From: a virus
Length of the DNA: 64,000 nt
IMG/VR virus record: IMGVR_UViG_3300031520_000001
Coordinates: 1,415 to 65,414 of that record
Reading direction: 5' to 3' (one strand)
Below are positions 35,122 through 44,538 of the stretch, piece after piece. Under the pieces are notes generated by a model. It had not been told where the DNA came from. It searched no databases and saw only the letters and a list, made by a program, of their open reading frames with translations. Numbering within the stretch: the first letter of the stretch is position 1; every line of letters starts with the position of its first letter. The translations under genes and the position numbers were made by a program.

Positions 35122-35150
35122 TTGACATATATCACACATCATGCTACAAT
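35122..35150 (+). promoter_or_regulatory. promoter
   Basis: TTGACA-17-TACAAT. Confidence 0.7.
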
Positions 35151-35182
35151 CAACATATGTCACACAGGAGAGGACGTACAAT

Positions 35183-35371
35183 ATGCTTATGACAGAGAAA
35201 ATTTACACTGTGAAGGAAATTGCCGAGAGTTATCGCGTTTCGGAAGAGACAATCAGACGCTATATCAGGCAAGGAAAATTAGAAAAAGTTGGAGGCTTCG
35301 AGGGGGCGTTTCGCGTCTCGGAATCCGCACTCGAAAAGTTCTTCAAGAGAAAACCAGAAGATGTGAAATAA
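35183..35371 (+). CDS. HTH_17 excisionase-like DNA-binding protein
   Basis: YTVKEIAESYRVSEETIRRYIRQGKL...FRV. Confidence 0.85.
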   Translation: MLMTEKIYTVKEIAESYRVSEETIRRYIRQGKLEKVGGFEGAFRVSESALEKFFKRKPEDVK

Positions 35372-35645
35372 ACGCTGGCATCGACCAGCGTAACAATCTA
35401 TTAGTAGCCACGATGCGACCTGACAATTGGAACCTGCTAAGTCGCACCGCTAGATTAACGCTACCTGTGTATAGTGTACACAGTACGCTTGACGTTTGTC
35501 AATTGCGTGAATTGCGTACAGTAGCACAGGGTAGCTCTATGGAGCGTATGCCCATGATCAACACAATCCTCATCAAACTCCCGTATCTTGCAGTAGCAGT
35601 CATCTATTGCGCCGCATTCGCTGTTGCCAGAAGGCAGGTGACGCG

Positions 35646-36299
35646 ATGAGCACTGTACCAACGCTTCAATTAGCTGATAAGAGCGGACTTGCGTGGTGTC
35701 AGACACAAGTTCAGCATTTCCACTATCTCCATAAGCCCGTTGACGTTCGCTGTAGTCCAGTGGCCTATATCATCGCGATGGATAACGAGCGTGTTGGCTG
35801 CCTCATCTTTGGTAGACCTGAATCAACACGTTGCAATGGTTGGTACGGCTCGTTAGAAGACGTGGCAAACGGCAAATGTCGCCTTAGTCGATGGCAAGTG
35901 CTCAATTTAGCACGTGTCTGGTTATCTCCCGATGTGCAACGTAACGGCCCGCACTATATACCGAATGCAGCGACGTATTGCATAGCACAGTCATTAAAAC
36001 GTATTGTCTGTGACTACCTCATCATGAAACCGCCTGTATGGATACAAGAGCCATACGAGATTGCAGAATGTATGAGCTATTGTGATAGCCGTATCCATAC
36101 AGGCATCTTGTACAAAGCTTCCAATTTCCAATTTATTCGTAAAAATGATTATGGCATTGAGACCTACGCTCGTTCAGTACGTCGCCTTTCCCATGCAGAG
36201 AAAGCAATCATTCATCAGCACTCTGAACAGAGTAAGCGGTGCCAGAAGTTACGAGCATCACGCGCCCAAATGCAGTTGTGGGAAGAGGTGCCGGTATGA
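35646..36299 (+). CDS. Mom-like (GNAT-fold) DNA base modification protein
   Basis: HYLHK, G.L.FGRP, LARVWL, N.AT..IA.SL, SYCD...HTG.LYKASNF resemble the phage Mu Mom family. Confidence 0.7.
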   Translation: MSTVPTLQLADKSGLAWCQTQVQHFHYLHKPVDVRCSPVAYIIAMDNERVGCLIFGRPESTRCNGWYGSLEDVANGKCRLSRWQVLNLARVWLSPDVQRNGPHYIPNAATYCIAQSLKRIVCDYLIMKPPVWIQEPYEIAECMSYCDSRIHTGILYKASNFQFIRKNDYGIETYARSVRRLSHAEKAIIHQHSEQSKRCQKLRASRAQMQLWEEVPV

Positions 36300-36390
36300 C
36301 ATATCCCCATTCCCTCTTTTACCATATGATTTTTACTGATCAAGATTTTTTCGGCTATATGAATAATAACGTAGATTGTGTAGGTATCCT

Positions 36391-37836
36391 ATGAGCATAA
36401 AGCGTACCACGTATAAAGGTCTCTCGTTTCCAGAAGACGACACCTACCTGAACGTCCGACCAGCATTTACACGCATGTGCATGGAGAGTAAATGCGCCTC
36501 AAAGCTGCTGAGTGCTCTTATCTTCAAATGGGACCCAGGAGAGGGCGTTGAGGTAGAGAAGGTCAACACATTCAGTATACAGCTTACACAGGCCGAAATT
36601 ATCAAGGCCATGTGTGATGAAGCAACTTCAAAGACAATACACGATGCTGCTATGCCCTGCCTACATCTTTTCGGCTATGCAGATGTCGATGAAACTACCT
36701 ATCCTTTTACGTATACCGTCCACATGGATAGAGTGCGTGAAGGTCTCTCCTACTGCAAACAGGGACCCAAACAATTAGAAAAAGTTCTAATTGTTTGGGC
36801 AAGGGAAAAAGGGCTAGATAAGCCTGATGGGAACGTGCTCAATAAGAAAAACTTCCATATCGCATTAGAAAAAGTTCTAATTATAATTAGAGAAACTTCT
36901 AATTCAATTGGAAATAGTTCTAATTCTTGTGGAAAAACTTCTAATTCACGAAGAGGGCGTAAGCGTAGAGTACAAGCGGTCTCAACTACCCAAATCGAAG
37001 ACCCTAAGAACAATAAGCACTCTAAGCACATTGAAGAACAAGAAAGAGAGAGTAGCGAAATCGAAACATTTGTTGATGCTGAACGCATCAACGCCTCTCC
37101 CTCTTTTTCAGAACTTCTTGCAGAGACGGACGCACGAATAGAACACGAGTTTGAGGACTGGTTACGCATTGCCTCACTCAACGCGCAGCTTTCTTCTGAG
37201 CAAGAAGCACAACCATTGGAAGTTACACAAGCACTTGCGCGTAACCCTGGTGGGGGTAGCACAGTACAGCAACCAAGCGTTCCTATAGCCTCACCAAGCA
37301 CGGAACCGACGCCGGAGCAGGATGGAAAAGGCAAGGGCAAACGAGGGACACGTAGCAAACAAGAAATAACGCCTGAACAAAAAGCACGCACGTCTGCCCT
37401 CATGGAGTATATTGACTCGTTGCTGCAGGAGGTAACAGGCGATGCGAACGAGGGATTTGACCGCAGTACCAAAGTGGGACAAGAGGCACTCCACAAAGTG
37501 TTGTTTGGGCACAAGAATAGCGAACAACGTGTCAATCCGCGCCGTGTCCGCAAAATCTTTACTGCCATGTGGAACGAGCCGCCGAATCCCCGAACTGGCT
37601 ATTGGCTTCGCAACAACATGAGCTACAACAAGTTTTGTGAAGAGTTTGAGAAACGGATACACGCGATCATTGCTGATGAGAACAAAGGCAAGTCGAATCT
37701 GTCCCTTGTGCAAGGGACAGCAACGCAAGCACCTACCGAGCTTGGCGGGTACAAAACATGGATACCTGACGATGATACTGATATCGACTATGACGCGATA
37801 CAAGCACCGCGACTCAAGAATAAAGTGAGGGCATAA
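36391..37836 (+). CDS. replication initiator protein
   Basis: Upstream of dnaB, internal iteron-like repeats, low-complexity linker. Confidence 0.7.
   Translation: MSIKRTTYKGLSFPEDDTYLNVRPAFTRMCMESKCASKLLSALIFKWDPGEGVEVEKVNTFSIQLTQAEIIKAMCDEATSKTIHDAAMPCLHLFGYADVDETTYPFTYTVHMDRVREGLSYCKQGPKQLEKVLIVWAREKGLDKPDGNVLNKKNFHIALEKVLIIIRETSNSIGNSSNSCGKTSNSRRGRKRRVQAVSTTQIEDPKNNKHSKHIEEQERESSEIETFVDAERINASPSFSELLAETDARIEHEFEDWLRIASLNAQLSSEQEAQPLEVTQALARNPGGGSTVQQPSVPIASPSTEPTPEQDGKGKGKRGTRSKQEITPEQKARTSALMEYIDSLLQEVTGDANEGFDRSTKVGQEALHKVLFGHKNSEQRVNPRRVRKIFTAMWNEPPNPRTGYWLRNNMSYNKFCEEFEKRIHAIIADENKGKSNLSLVQGTATQAPTELGGYKTWIPDDDTDIDYDAIQAPRLKNKVRA
36774..36946 (+). repeat. iteron-like repeats (putative origin) inside the initiator gene
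   Basis: TTCTAATT at 36785, 36875, 36897, 36918, 36939 (last four spaced 21-22 bp); 19-bp identical pair 36774-36792 and 36864-36882. Confidence 0.75.
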
Positions 37837-37839
37837 GCG

Positions 37840-39168
37840 ATGGAACATCTCTTACCACAAAACACAGAGGCGGAAGCGAGCATACTTGGGGCTATCCTCA
37901 TTGACCCTGAAGCCATTGTCCAGGTCATCGAGTACCTCAAGCCAGAACACTTTTACCGTGCCGCACATCAGACCATTTTCGAGGCTGTCTGCACACTGTA
38001 CAACCGTCGTGAACCTGCTGACTTTATCAATCTCGGTGATGAGTTAGAGCGAAACAACAAACTTGAGCAAGTGGGCGGCCTAAGCTATATCACCTCGCTT
38101 GTCAATCAGGTACCGACCAGCGGTAACATCGACTACTACGGGCGCATTGTCGAACGAACGAGCATCTTTCGGCAACTGATACACGGTGCTGGTGAGATTG
38201 CCACAAACGCCTATCACCAGGATGAGAACGCAGTCCAATTCGCGGAATCGCTCATCTACAAAATACGCCAGGGCACTGCAACGAAAGCGATTGTCAGTCA
38301 TACCGACGCACTCGCTCGCTACCAAGAGCGTATCAGTGAACTCTTAGAGCAGAGTCGTACAGGGCAAGTAACAGGCATTCCAACAGGATACAAATATCTT
38401 GATCGCTTACTTGGCGGCTTACGTCCAAAGAAGATGCTCGTCCTGGCAGCGCGTCCTGGCGTTGGCAAAACCTCAATGGCACTGAATATGGCAAATACCG
38501 CCGTCAAAGCAGGATATCACGTCCTGTTCTTTTCTCTTGAGATGGATGAGGAAGAATTGATGCAACGATGGGTGTCGATGGAAGCGGGTATCGACTCGAC
38601 AAAGTTGCGTGACGGCAAACTCACGTATGAGGAAGAGGAGCGTGTCAGCGAAGCGATTGTCCGGCTTGCCAATCTCAAAGGACAATTGTGGATTGATGAT
38701 ACCTGTGGTTTGTCACACACGGCAATGCGCTCTAAAGCGATGCGTATGCAGTTGGAACACGGGATTGACCTCATCATCGTGGACTATCTGCAACTCGCAA
38801 AGGCTGGTGAGAATGAGAGACAGAGACAAGATCGCCGCTTAGAAGTTGAGGAAGTGTCACGTAACCTCAAAGGTATTGCGCGTGATATGTGCGTCCCTGT
38901 TCTGGCATTGGCCCAACTCTCACGTGCGGTTGAGCAACGTGCAAGTAAGATACCGCAACTCTCAGATTTACGCGAGGCCGGAGGAATCGAGCAAGATGCG
39001 GATGTCGTCATGTTCATACACAAGGATGATGAGATAGCCAAAGACGCGCCGGAATATACCGTCAATCTGATGATAGAAAAGCACAGAAGCGGACCCGTTG
39101 GATTTGTTCCGCTACATTTCATTGCAGCACTTACCAAATATGTGACCGTCACACCGGAAGGAAAATAG
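37840..39168 (+). CDS. dnaB: replicative DNA helicase
   Basis: LPQN.EAE..ILG, AARPGVGKT, FSLEM, IIVDYLQL, LAQLSR, SDLRE.G.IEQDAD. Confidence 0.97.
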   Translation: MEHLLPQNTEAEASILGAILIDPEAIVQVIEYLKPEHFYRAAHQTIFEAVCTLYNRREPADFINLGDELERNNKLEQVGGLSYITSLVNQVPTSGNIDYYGRIVERTSIFRQLIHGAGEIATNAYHQDENAVQFAESLIYKIRQGTATKAIVSHTDALARYQERISELLEQSRTGQVTGIPTGYKYLDRLLGGLRPKKMLVLAARPGVGKTSMALNMANTAVKAGYHVLFFSLEMDEEELMQRWVSMEAGIDSTKLRDGKLTYEEEERVSEAIVRLANLKGQLWIDDTCGLSHTAMRSKAMRMQLEHGIDLIIVDYLQLAKAGENERQRQDRRLEVEEVSRNLKGIARDMCVPVLALAQLSRAVEQRASKIPQLSDLREAGGIEQDADVVMFIHKDDEIAKDAPEYTVNLMIEKHRSGPVGFVPLHFIAALTKYVTVTPEGK

Positions 39169-39170
39169 CT

Positions 39171-39500
39171 ATGATACAGAGAGAAACCGTTGAGCAGGTA
39201 CTAGGCCGTAGCACACGTATGGTAGAAGCAATCGAGATGGATGTGCGTGTACGTCCATTACTCATAAAAGCATCACGCGAAGCATCCTATAATGACCGAT
39301 GGCAGACCTATGAGGACTTGAAACGTGAGGCCAAGACTGTTATCGGCTACCATGCATCTCAAGCCGTGTTACGAGACGAAGTGTATTATAAAGCATTCAT
39401 CGACGCGATAGACGCCCTGCTTCCTCAACACGAAAACGATTTTGTAATCCTGGTACCACGTCAGGATGAACCTCGTAAAGAGGATGAAGCAAGCGCATGA
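39171..39500 (+). CDS. hypothetical protein
   Basis: 109 aa coupled ORF. Confidence 0.6.
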   Translation: MIQRETVEQVLGRSTRMVEAIEMDVRVRPLLIKASREASYNDRWQTYEDLKREAKTVIGYHASQAVLRDEVYYKAFIDAIDALLPQHENDFVILVPRQDEPRKEDEASA

Positions 39501-39844
39501 CCAAACACGTCGCATGGATAGCACAGCATCCAACCGTCACGCTTGCCTCGTATCGCTGCTGTCTCTGTGGCGGCTATGTCCGAAACGGCGTCTCGCTTCC
39601 TGATGCTTCCTACGACTTCTGTAGCAGTAACTACGTGTGTTGGTGTGCGTACCTGCTCCTCAAGACGCTAGCGAGACATGACAGGGCTACAGCGCGATAT
39701 GAGGACGTGGCGAGCATGTCACACGACGCAGTGTGCGCGATGCTGGTAGCATGTAGAGATGAGGTGGAGCAGGTGGAGACGGTGTTACCGGAAGATTGGT
39801 GTTACATTGAGAGTCAAGTGAGAAGATTGGAGCAAGTTGCATGA
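39497..39844 (+). CDS. Cys-rich hypothetical protein
   Basis: CCLCG...CSS..VC.C. Confidence 0.55.
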   Translation: MTKHVAWIAQHPTVTLASYRCCLCGGYVRNGVSLPDASYDFCSSNYVCWCAYLLLKTLARHDRATARYEDVASMSHDAVCAMLVACRDEVEQVETVLPEDWCYIESQVRRLEQVA

Positions 39845-41292
39845 ATATTGCATCAGGGCTTGATGTGACAGTTGAAAACTTTGTAGGAAGATGTGTTGCA
39901 CTGCTTGGTATCACTGGCTCTGGTAAAACGAATACAGCAGCCGTACTCATCGAAGAGTTACTTGGTCAAGGTTTACCGATGACCATTATAGACATCGAAG
40001 GCGAATATTGGGGTCTCAAGCAAAAGTTCGACTTACTCATTGCTGGCAAATCCGAACATGCAGAGCTTGCTATCAGTCCTGAGAATGCAGGTGCTCTTGC
40101 AACCGCGTCAGTGACACGTGGTCTCTCGGTCATTCTCGACTTGTCAGAATACACGCAAGAGGAGATGCACACATTCTTGGAAGAATACTTTGCGTCGTTG
40201 TGGGAAGCATCGTCAAAGGTGAAACAACCGTATCAGATTGTGCTTGAAGAGGCGCATGAGTTCATTCCGCAGGGCGCATCAACGCCCTTAAAGCAGATGT
40301 TGACCCGTATCGCGCTGAGAGGTCGTAAGCGAGGACTCGGCACAATCATCATGTCACAACGTAGCGCAAAAGTCGAGAAAGATGTGCTCACGCAAGCGTC
40401 TTTACTCTTTCTCCATAAGGTGGTCCATCCAACCGACATGCGTGTCTACAACGACCTGATACCTTTGCCTTCCAAAGAGGTTGAGAGCATGGTAGGAGCC
40501 TTACACCCTGGTCAAGTGGTGGTAGTGAGTAATCACGTTCCACAAGTGGCACAGATACGGCTACGTGACACCTTCCATGCTGGTTCTACCCCGACGCTGG
40601 GTCAAGTGGCACAGCCTGAATTACGACATGTGGACGCATCGCTGTTACAGGATTTAGAAAAGTTGATAGCCGCCTCAACGCCACACAGTGCAAAGGATGA
40701 GAAGCGACTAGAGAAGAAAGTCAAGCATTTAGAAGCTGTTCTTCTTGAGAAAGATGCGACGATAGCAAAGCAAGTATCGCAGATCGAGATGTTAGGCCGC
40801 TTATCCGTGTCGATGCAAGGTGGTATCAAAGCCGATGTGACGATGCCAGAAACCATGCAGATTGCACAGGCCAACATCGACAAGGCAACGGTCAATCATG
40901 CCATGATGCCGACTACAGCAGTGCAAACAGCGACAGTGGTTGAGTCAGTGCCAGTAAAGAAGATTGCAGAAGTATCAGCAAACAAGCCGATTCCTTTCAA
41001 TGAGAAAAAGGTACTGGCATTGAAAAGTTGGCTTGTGAAAAATAGCAAAACTCACCATCGAAAAATGCTCGTATTGCTTCATCAAGAGCAAAAGGCCATG
41101 AGTGTCTATGAACTCTCTTCATGGCTCAATATCAGTGAAAACACCATACGAGATCATCCCCCGACAGCTTTCATGAAAAGAGGATTGCTTGCAAGAGATA
41201 GACACGGTATCTATACATCCACGCTGGACGCATTTATCCAGACGGAGTTTCCAGGTGCAAAGAGCGCAGAAGTGATACAACATCTTTTTTAG
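39841..41292 (+). CDS. HerA/DUF87-like ATPase with C-terminal winged-helix-like domain
   Basis: GITGSGKT, IIDIEGEY, IVLEEAHEF.PQ, RGRKRGLG...SQR. Confidence 0.85.
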   Translation: MNIASGLDVTVENFVGRCVALLGITGSGKTNTAAVLIEELLGQGLPMTIIDIEGEYWGLKQKFDLLIAGKSEHAELAISPENAGALATASVTRGLSVILDLSEYTQEEMHTFLEEYFASLWEASSKVKQPYQIVLEEAHEFIPQGASTPLKQMLTRIALRGRKRGLGTIIMSQRSAKVEKDVLTQASLLFLHKVVHPTDMRVYNDLIPLPSKEVESMVGALHPGQVVVVSNHVPQVAQIRLRDTFHAGSTPTLGQVAQPELRHVDASLLQDLEKLIAASTPHSAKDEKRLEKKVKHLEAVLLEKDATIAKQVSQIEMLGRLSVSMQGGIKADVTMPETMQIAQANIDKATVNHAMMPTTAVQTATVVESVPVKKIAEVSANKPIPFNEKKVLALKSWLVKNSKTHHRKMLVLLHQEQKAMSVYELSSWLNISENTIRDHPPTAFMKRGLLARDRHGIYTSTLDAFIQTEFPGAKSAEVIQHLF

Positions 41293-41310
41293 ATGAGAAA
41301 GGAGAGAACG

Positions 41311-41664
41311 ATGGAACAAGAGGAGAATGCTACTACATCTGTGCAGGAATTTTCTGAAGGACTCACTACGTTTTTTGAGGCAATGTCAACGTATATGACA
41401 CAAGTTGCACAGCAGGTCTTGCCTAGTATCAAAAATATGTATGACATGATTTATGCTGAATATCAGAAGTATGGTGCTCCCTATGGCGACTTACCAGAAG
41501 GCTGTATGCGGTGGTTGACAGAACGCCATGAGGCACAACGTTTGATCGACGAAGCGCAATCTATCGTTGACCATCACGAAGGACTTGCATACTTACGGAA
41601 GAAGATAGCGGAACGAAGAGAGCTGTCCCATGACGAAATTGAGCAAGAGCATCAAGTCGAATAG
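41311..41664 (+). CDS. hypothetical protein
   Basis: 117 aa, AAGGAG RBS. Confidence 0.6.
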   Translation: MEQEENATTSVQEFSEGLTTFFEAMSTYMTQVAQQVLPSIKNMYDMIYAEYQKYGAPYGDLPEGCMRWLTERHEAQRLIDEAQSIVDHHEGLAYLRKKIAERRELSHDEIEQEHQVE

Positions 41665-41673
41665 GAGAATGAG

Positions 41674-41853
41674 ATGAATAAAGCGTTGCTGTGGCTCGCA
41701 CAACAACACAACATGCAGATACAGCACGCAGACGAGCAGTGCTATCTTTGTGGCACGTCCTGTACCTCATCGCATCTCGTCGAAAAGACGATAGCAGACA
41801 CGTTTAATTCGCATTTTCTCGCGCAGTGTCCATTGTCAAGGCAGGAAGGATAG
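41674..41853 (+). pseudogene. truncated Csf1/Cas8-like zinc-finger N-terminus (59 aa)
   Basis: Manual translation ...EQCYLCGTSCTSSHLVEKTIADTFNSHFLAQCPLSRQEG*; stops before the expected second CxxC. Confidence 0.5.
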
Positions 41854-41857
41854 AGCG

Positions 41858-42139
41858 ATGAAACAAGCGTTACGAGAGGCACTAGGCAAAGCAGTACGTG
41901 ACGAATGGGTACGATGGGCTAGTGAGCAACCCAACCCGAAACCGTCACACCTTGAAGCATGGGAGACGTTGAACGAACAAGATAAGGAAGTGGATAGGCG
42001 AATAGGCGAAGCGGCGGTCCTACGTTTTATGGACTTAATGGTTGCCAATATCACGCCCGTAGTCTTTAGCAGCGACGATAAAGAATTTCAGGATGCTGCA
42101 AAATTCCTAGAAGGACAATCGTCTCCGCAAATAGAATAG
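41858..42139 (+). CDS. conserved phage hypothetical protein
   Basis: LG..VRDEWV.WA..QP.PKPS.L..W..L.E.DKE.DR.IG pattern. Confidence 0.65.
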   Translation: MKQALREALGKAVRDEWVRWASEQPNPKPSHLEAWETLNEQDKEVDRRIGEAAVLRFMDLMVANITPVVFSSDDKEFQDAAKFLEGQSSPQIE

Positions 42140-42157
42140 CATCATGACGGAATTGAC

Positions 42158-42208
42158 GCACTAACGCCTCCTACACAGTGAAATGTAGGAGGCGTTAGTG
42201 CAAAAAAA
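42158..42208. terminator. 18-bp stem-loop, putative terminator
   Basis: gcactaacgcctcctaca/tgtaggaggcgttagtgc; A-run gives a U-tract on the minus strand. Confidence 0.6.
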
Positions 42209-42396
42209 CGTTCTAACTATTTTCCCTGAATGTGCTCTATGATTATCCAAACACATCAATAGAAAACACGTCCAAAGTGACGTGAGCACAGTAGAGCAAA
42301 AAGCGCGGTTGACGTGAAGCGAGACGTAATGATTACAATGCCTTTAGTAAGCCTTACGTATGGCTTACCTTAACTGAGATATGGAGGTGACAATTT

Positions 42397-43170
42397 GTGA
42401 CGCATATTATTTCGGCGAACTCGATTAAAGGCGGTGTCACGAAGACGACAACGAGTATTAATCTTGCGGCGGGTCTCGCTTTGAAAGGCCGTAAAACGCT
42501 CATCATAGACCTGGACCCGCAATCAAACACGACGTACACCCTGCTTGGACTGCTCTCGGAAGAAACACAACACACGCTCTATGAAGTGATTATTGAGAGT
42601 AAACCACTTGCCTCAATCATCCAGCCAACGAAGGTGCCGAATTTGTGGATAGCACCCGGAACGCTTGCACTCTCTGACGCCGATCTTATTTTGTCAGGAC
42701 GTACAGGCCGCGAATGGATACTGAGAAACGCGCTTGAGGAATATTTACGCACGGTCTCACTCGACTACGTGATTATCGACACGCCCCCAAATCTCAATTT
42801 GTTAAGCGTGAATGTCCTTACAACCTGTACAGGCTATATTGTGCCGATTGCCTTAACGCTTTATGCCACGCTTGGCCTGACGTTGCTCACCAAGACAGTG
42901 AAGACACTAGAGCGCAATTTACGCATCACTATTCCCCGGATTGGTGCTGTCGCTGCACTCATGGAAAACACGAACGAAGCTCGCTCACGCCTTGAGGATG
43001 TGAAAGAGTATTTCGGTGATGAGCTATTTCAGTCGATCATTCCGCGTAACACCGATGTCGATAGAGCCAACGATAGACGTATTTTGTATCAGTATGCGCC
43101 ACGTTCCGCCGGAGCCATCGCATACGCCAATTTTGTGGAAGAGGTCGTGAACCGTGTCGAGAAAAAATAA
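42397..43170 (+). CDS. parA: ParA family partition ATPase
   Basis: KGGVTKTT deviant Walker A, IDLDPQSN, YVIIDTPP, IPRN; no N-terminal HTH (type Ib-like). Confidence 0.95.
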   Translation: MTHIISANSIKGGVTKTTTSINLAAGLALKGRKTLIIDLDPQSNTTYTLLGLLSEETQHTLYEVIIESKPLASIIQPTKVPNLWIAPGTLALSDADLILSGRTGREWILRNALEEYLRTVSLDYVIIDTPPNLNLLSVNVLTTCTGYIVPIALTLYATLGLTLLTKTVKTLERNLRITIPRIGAVAALMENTNEARSRLEDVKEYFGDELFQSIIPRNTDVDRANDRRILYQYAPRSAGAIAYANFVEEVVNRVEKK

Positions 43171-43540
43171 TGAGGAACGAAGTAACCCGCTTAAAAGTTT
43201 GTTGCAAAGTACTGATAAACAGGAGATTACCGCTATGCCTCCACCTGCACAAGTGCCACAACAACAGAAGGACGCGATAAATCACGTCCCTACAGATGTA
43301 CCGAAACCTGTACGTCCTGCTCCACCGGAGACACGTCAAAGGACTGGCAAGAAGTTTACGGAACGCTATGTACAGGAAACCTACTACACTGATAAGCGGC
43401 TGGTCCCCTACTTGTACCAACTCATAGAAACCTATCCATCAAAAACGGCAATGGCAACAGAGATGATCGTCCTTGCCTGTAAAGTGCGTGGAATTGAGAT
43501 ACCGGAGGACTGGCAGAAGCAAACCTACCCAGAGGAATAG
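43154..43540 (+). CDS. small ParA partner (putative centromere-binding protein)
   Basis: Disordered N-terminus and short C-terminal beta-alpha-alpha-like segment, overlapping parA. Confidence 0.65.
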   Translation: MSRKNNEERSNPLKSLLQSTDKQEITAMPPPAQVPQQQKDAINHVPTDVPKPVRPAPPETRQRTGKKFTERYVQETYYTDKRLVPYLYQLIETYPSKTAMATEMIVLACKVRGIEIPEDWQKQTYPEE

Positions 43541-43548
43541 ATACTGAG

Positions 43549-43579
43549 AGGCTATGTAAAAATTACATAGCCTTTTCTT
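43549..43579 (+). terminator. intrinsic terminator of the par operon
   Basis: aggctatgtaa/ttacatagcct stem followed by TTTCTT. Confidence 0.75.
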
Positions 43580-43992
43580 ATCGTTAATATATGGCTTACG
43601 TTATGCGTATACTGTGTATAACTTGTTCGTAACTTGTGCATAAGTAAGATGTAAATAAGGAATACGTTTGTTGAGATTTACGCGTAAATAGGAGTTACTT
43701 TGTATAGTGCAAATATGGGGTATACATTATGCTTAAAGCATGTTGCGTAGAATGGGCGTCATGTGGCTTTGAGCAGGTAGCGATGAGGATTATATGTCGC
43801 AAGCTAAAATTTACGTGAGCATCATTCTAGCAAATATTTTACTTGCGACTGTTGCGGGAACGAATCCTTGTCATGCGCTTACTTCAACCTCTTAATCTTG
43901 TGTCTTATTAATAAATATCATATGATACGACTTGAAATGATATAAAATATAGTGTATGCTCCTACTATCAAATACGGAAGGGGGTACGATGA

Positions 43993-44199
43993 ATGACACA
44001 AAGCGGCGATGATACCTACTTAACTGCTCAGGAAGCAATGGTCTACTTGGGGATTTCAAGGAATACATTAGACAAGCTCGCTGATAAGAGTGACTTGACG
44101 AAATATAAACAACGGCTTTCTCGTAACGTGCTTTTCAAAAAATCCGAACTGGATGCACTAAAAGAGATTGAGCCTGTACAAGACGAAGAAGATAATTAG
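43993..44199 (+). CDS. HTH_17 DNA-binding protein
   Basis: YLTAQEAMVYLGISRNTL; TTGAAA-17-TATGCT at 43932-43960. Confidence 0.85.
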   Translation: MTQSGDDTYLTAQEAMVYLGISRNTLDKLADKSDLTKYKQRLSRNVLFKKSELDALKEIEPVQDEEDN

Positions 44200-44259
44200 T
44201 AGTCGAAAATAGGGGGCAGGTACCAGCCGCCGCCCACAATTGTCAAGGAGTTCAAACAC

Positions 44260-44535
44260 ATGACAATCCATCTTATAACGAGTGTATTTAGCAATCCACT
44301 TCTCAACAGTTTCTACGCCTCGGCACTCGGTATGCTGTGGATGGCCTACTTCGTGTTCGTCGGCATTGAATACATGCCGGGGCGCGTCCAGTTAGTCACG
44401 CCGAATTATGCCTTGCGCGGCCCTGCTCGCGTCGTGATCTACAAAGCGGTGCGATGGCACTTCAAAGACTGTTACCTTCGTATCGAGAACCGTGTATGGA
44501 TGTGGCTCAATAGTCAAGTCTTGTTTGGAGCGTGA
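44260..44535 (+). CDS. membrane protein
   Basis: Hydrophobic N-terminal half; AAGGAG RBS. Confidence 0.6.
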   Translation: MTIHLITSVFSNPLLNSFYASALGMLWMAYFVFVGIEYMPGRVQLVTPNYALRGPARVVIYKAVRWHFKDCYLRIENRVWMWLNSQVLFGA

Positions 44536-44538
44536 GAT

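Noticed and set aside
42309-42339. TTGACG...TACAAT as the parA promoter
   Set aside because: Spacer is 19 bp, outside the usual range; not called
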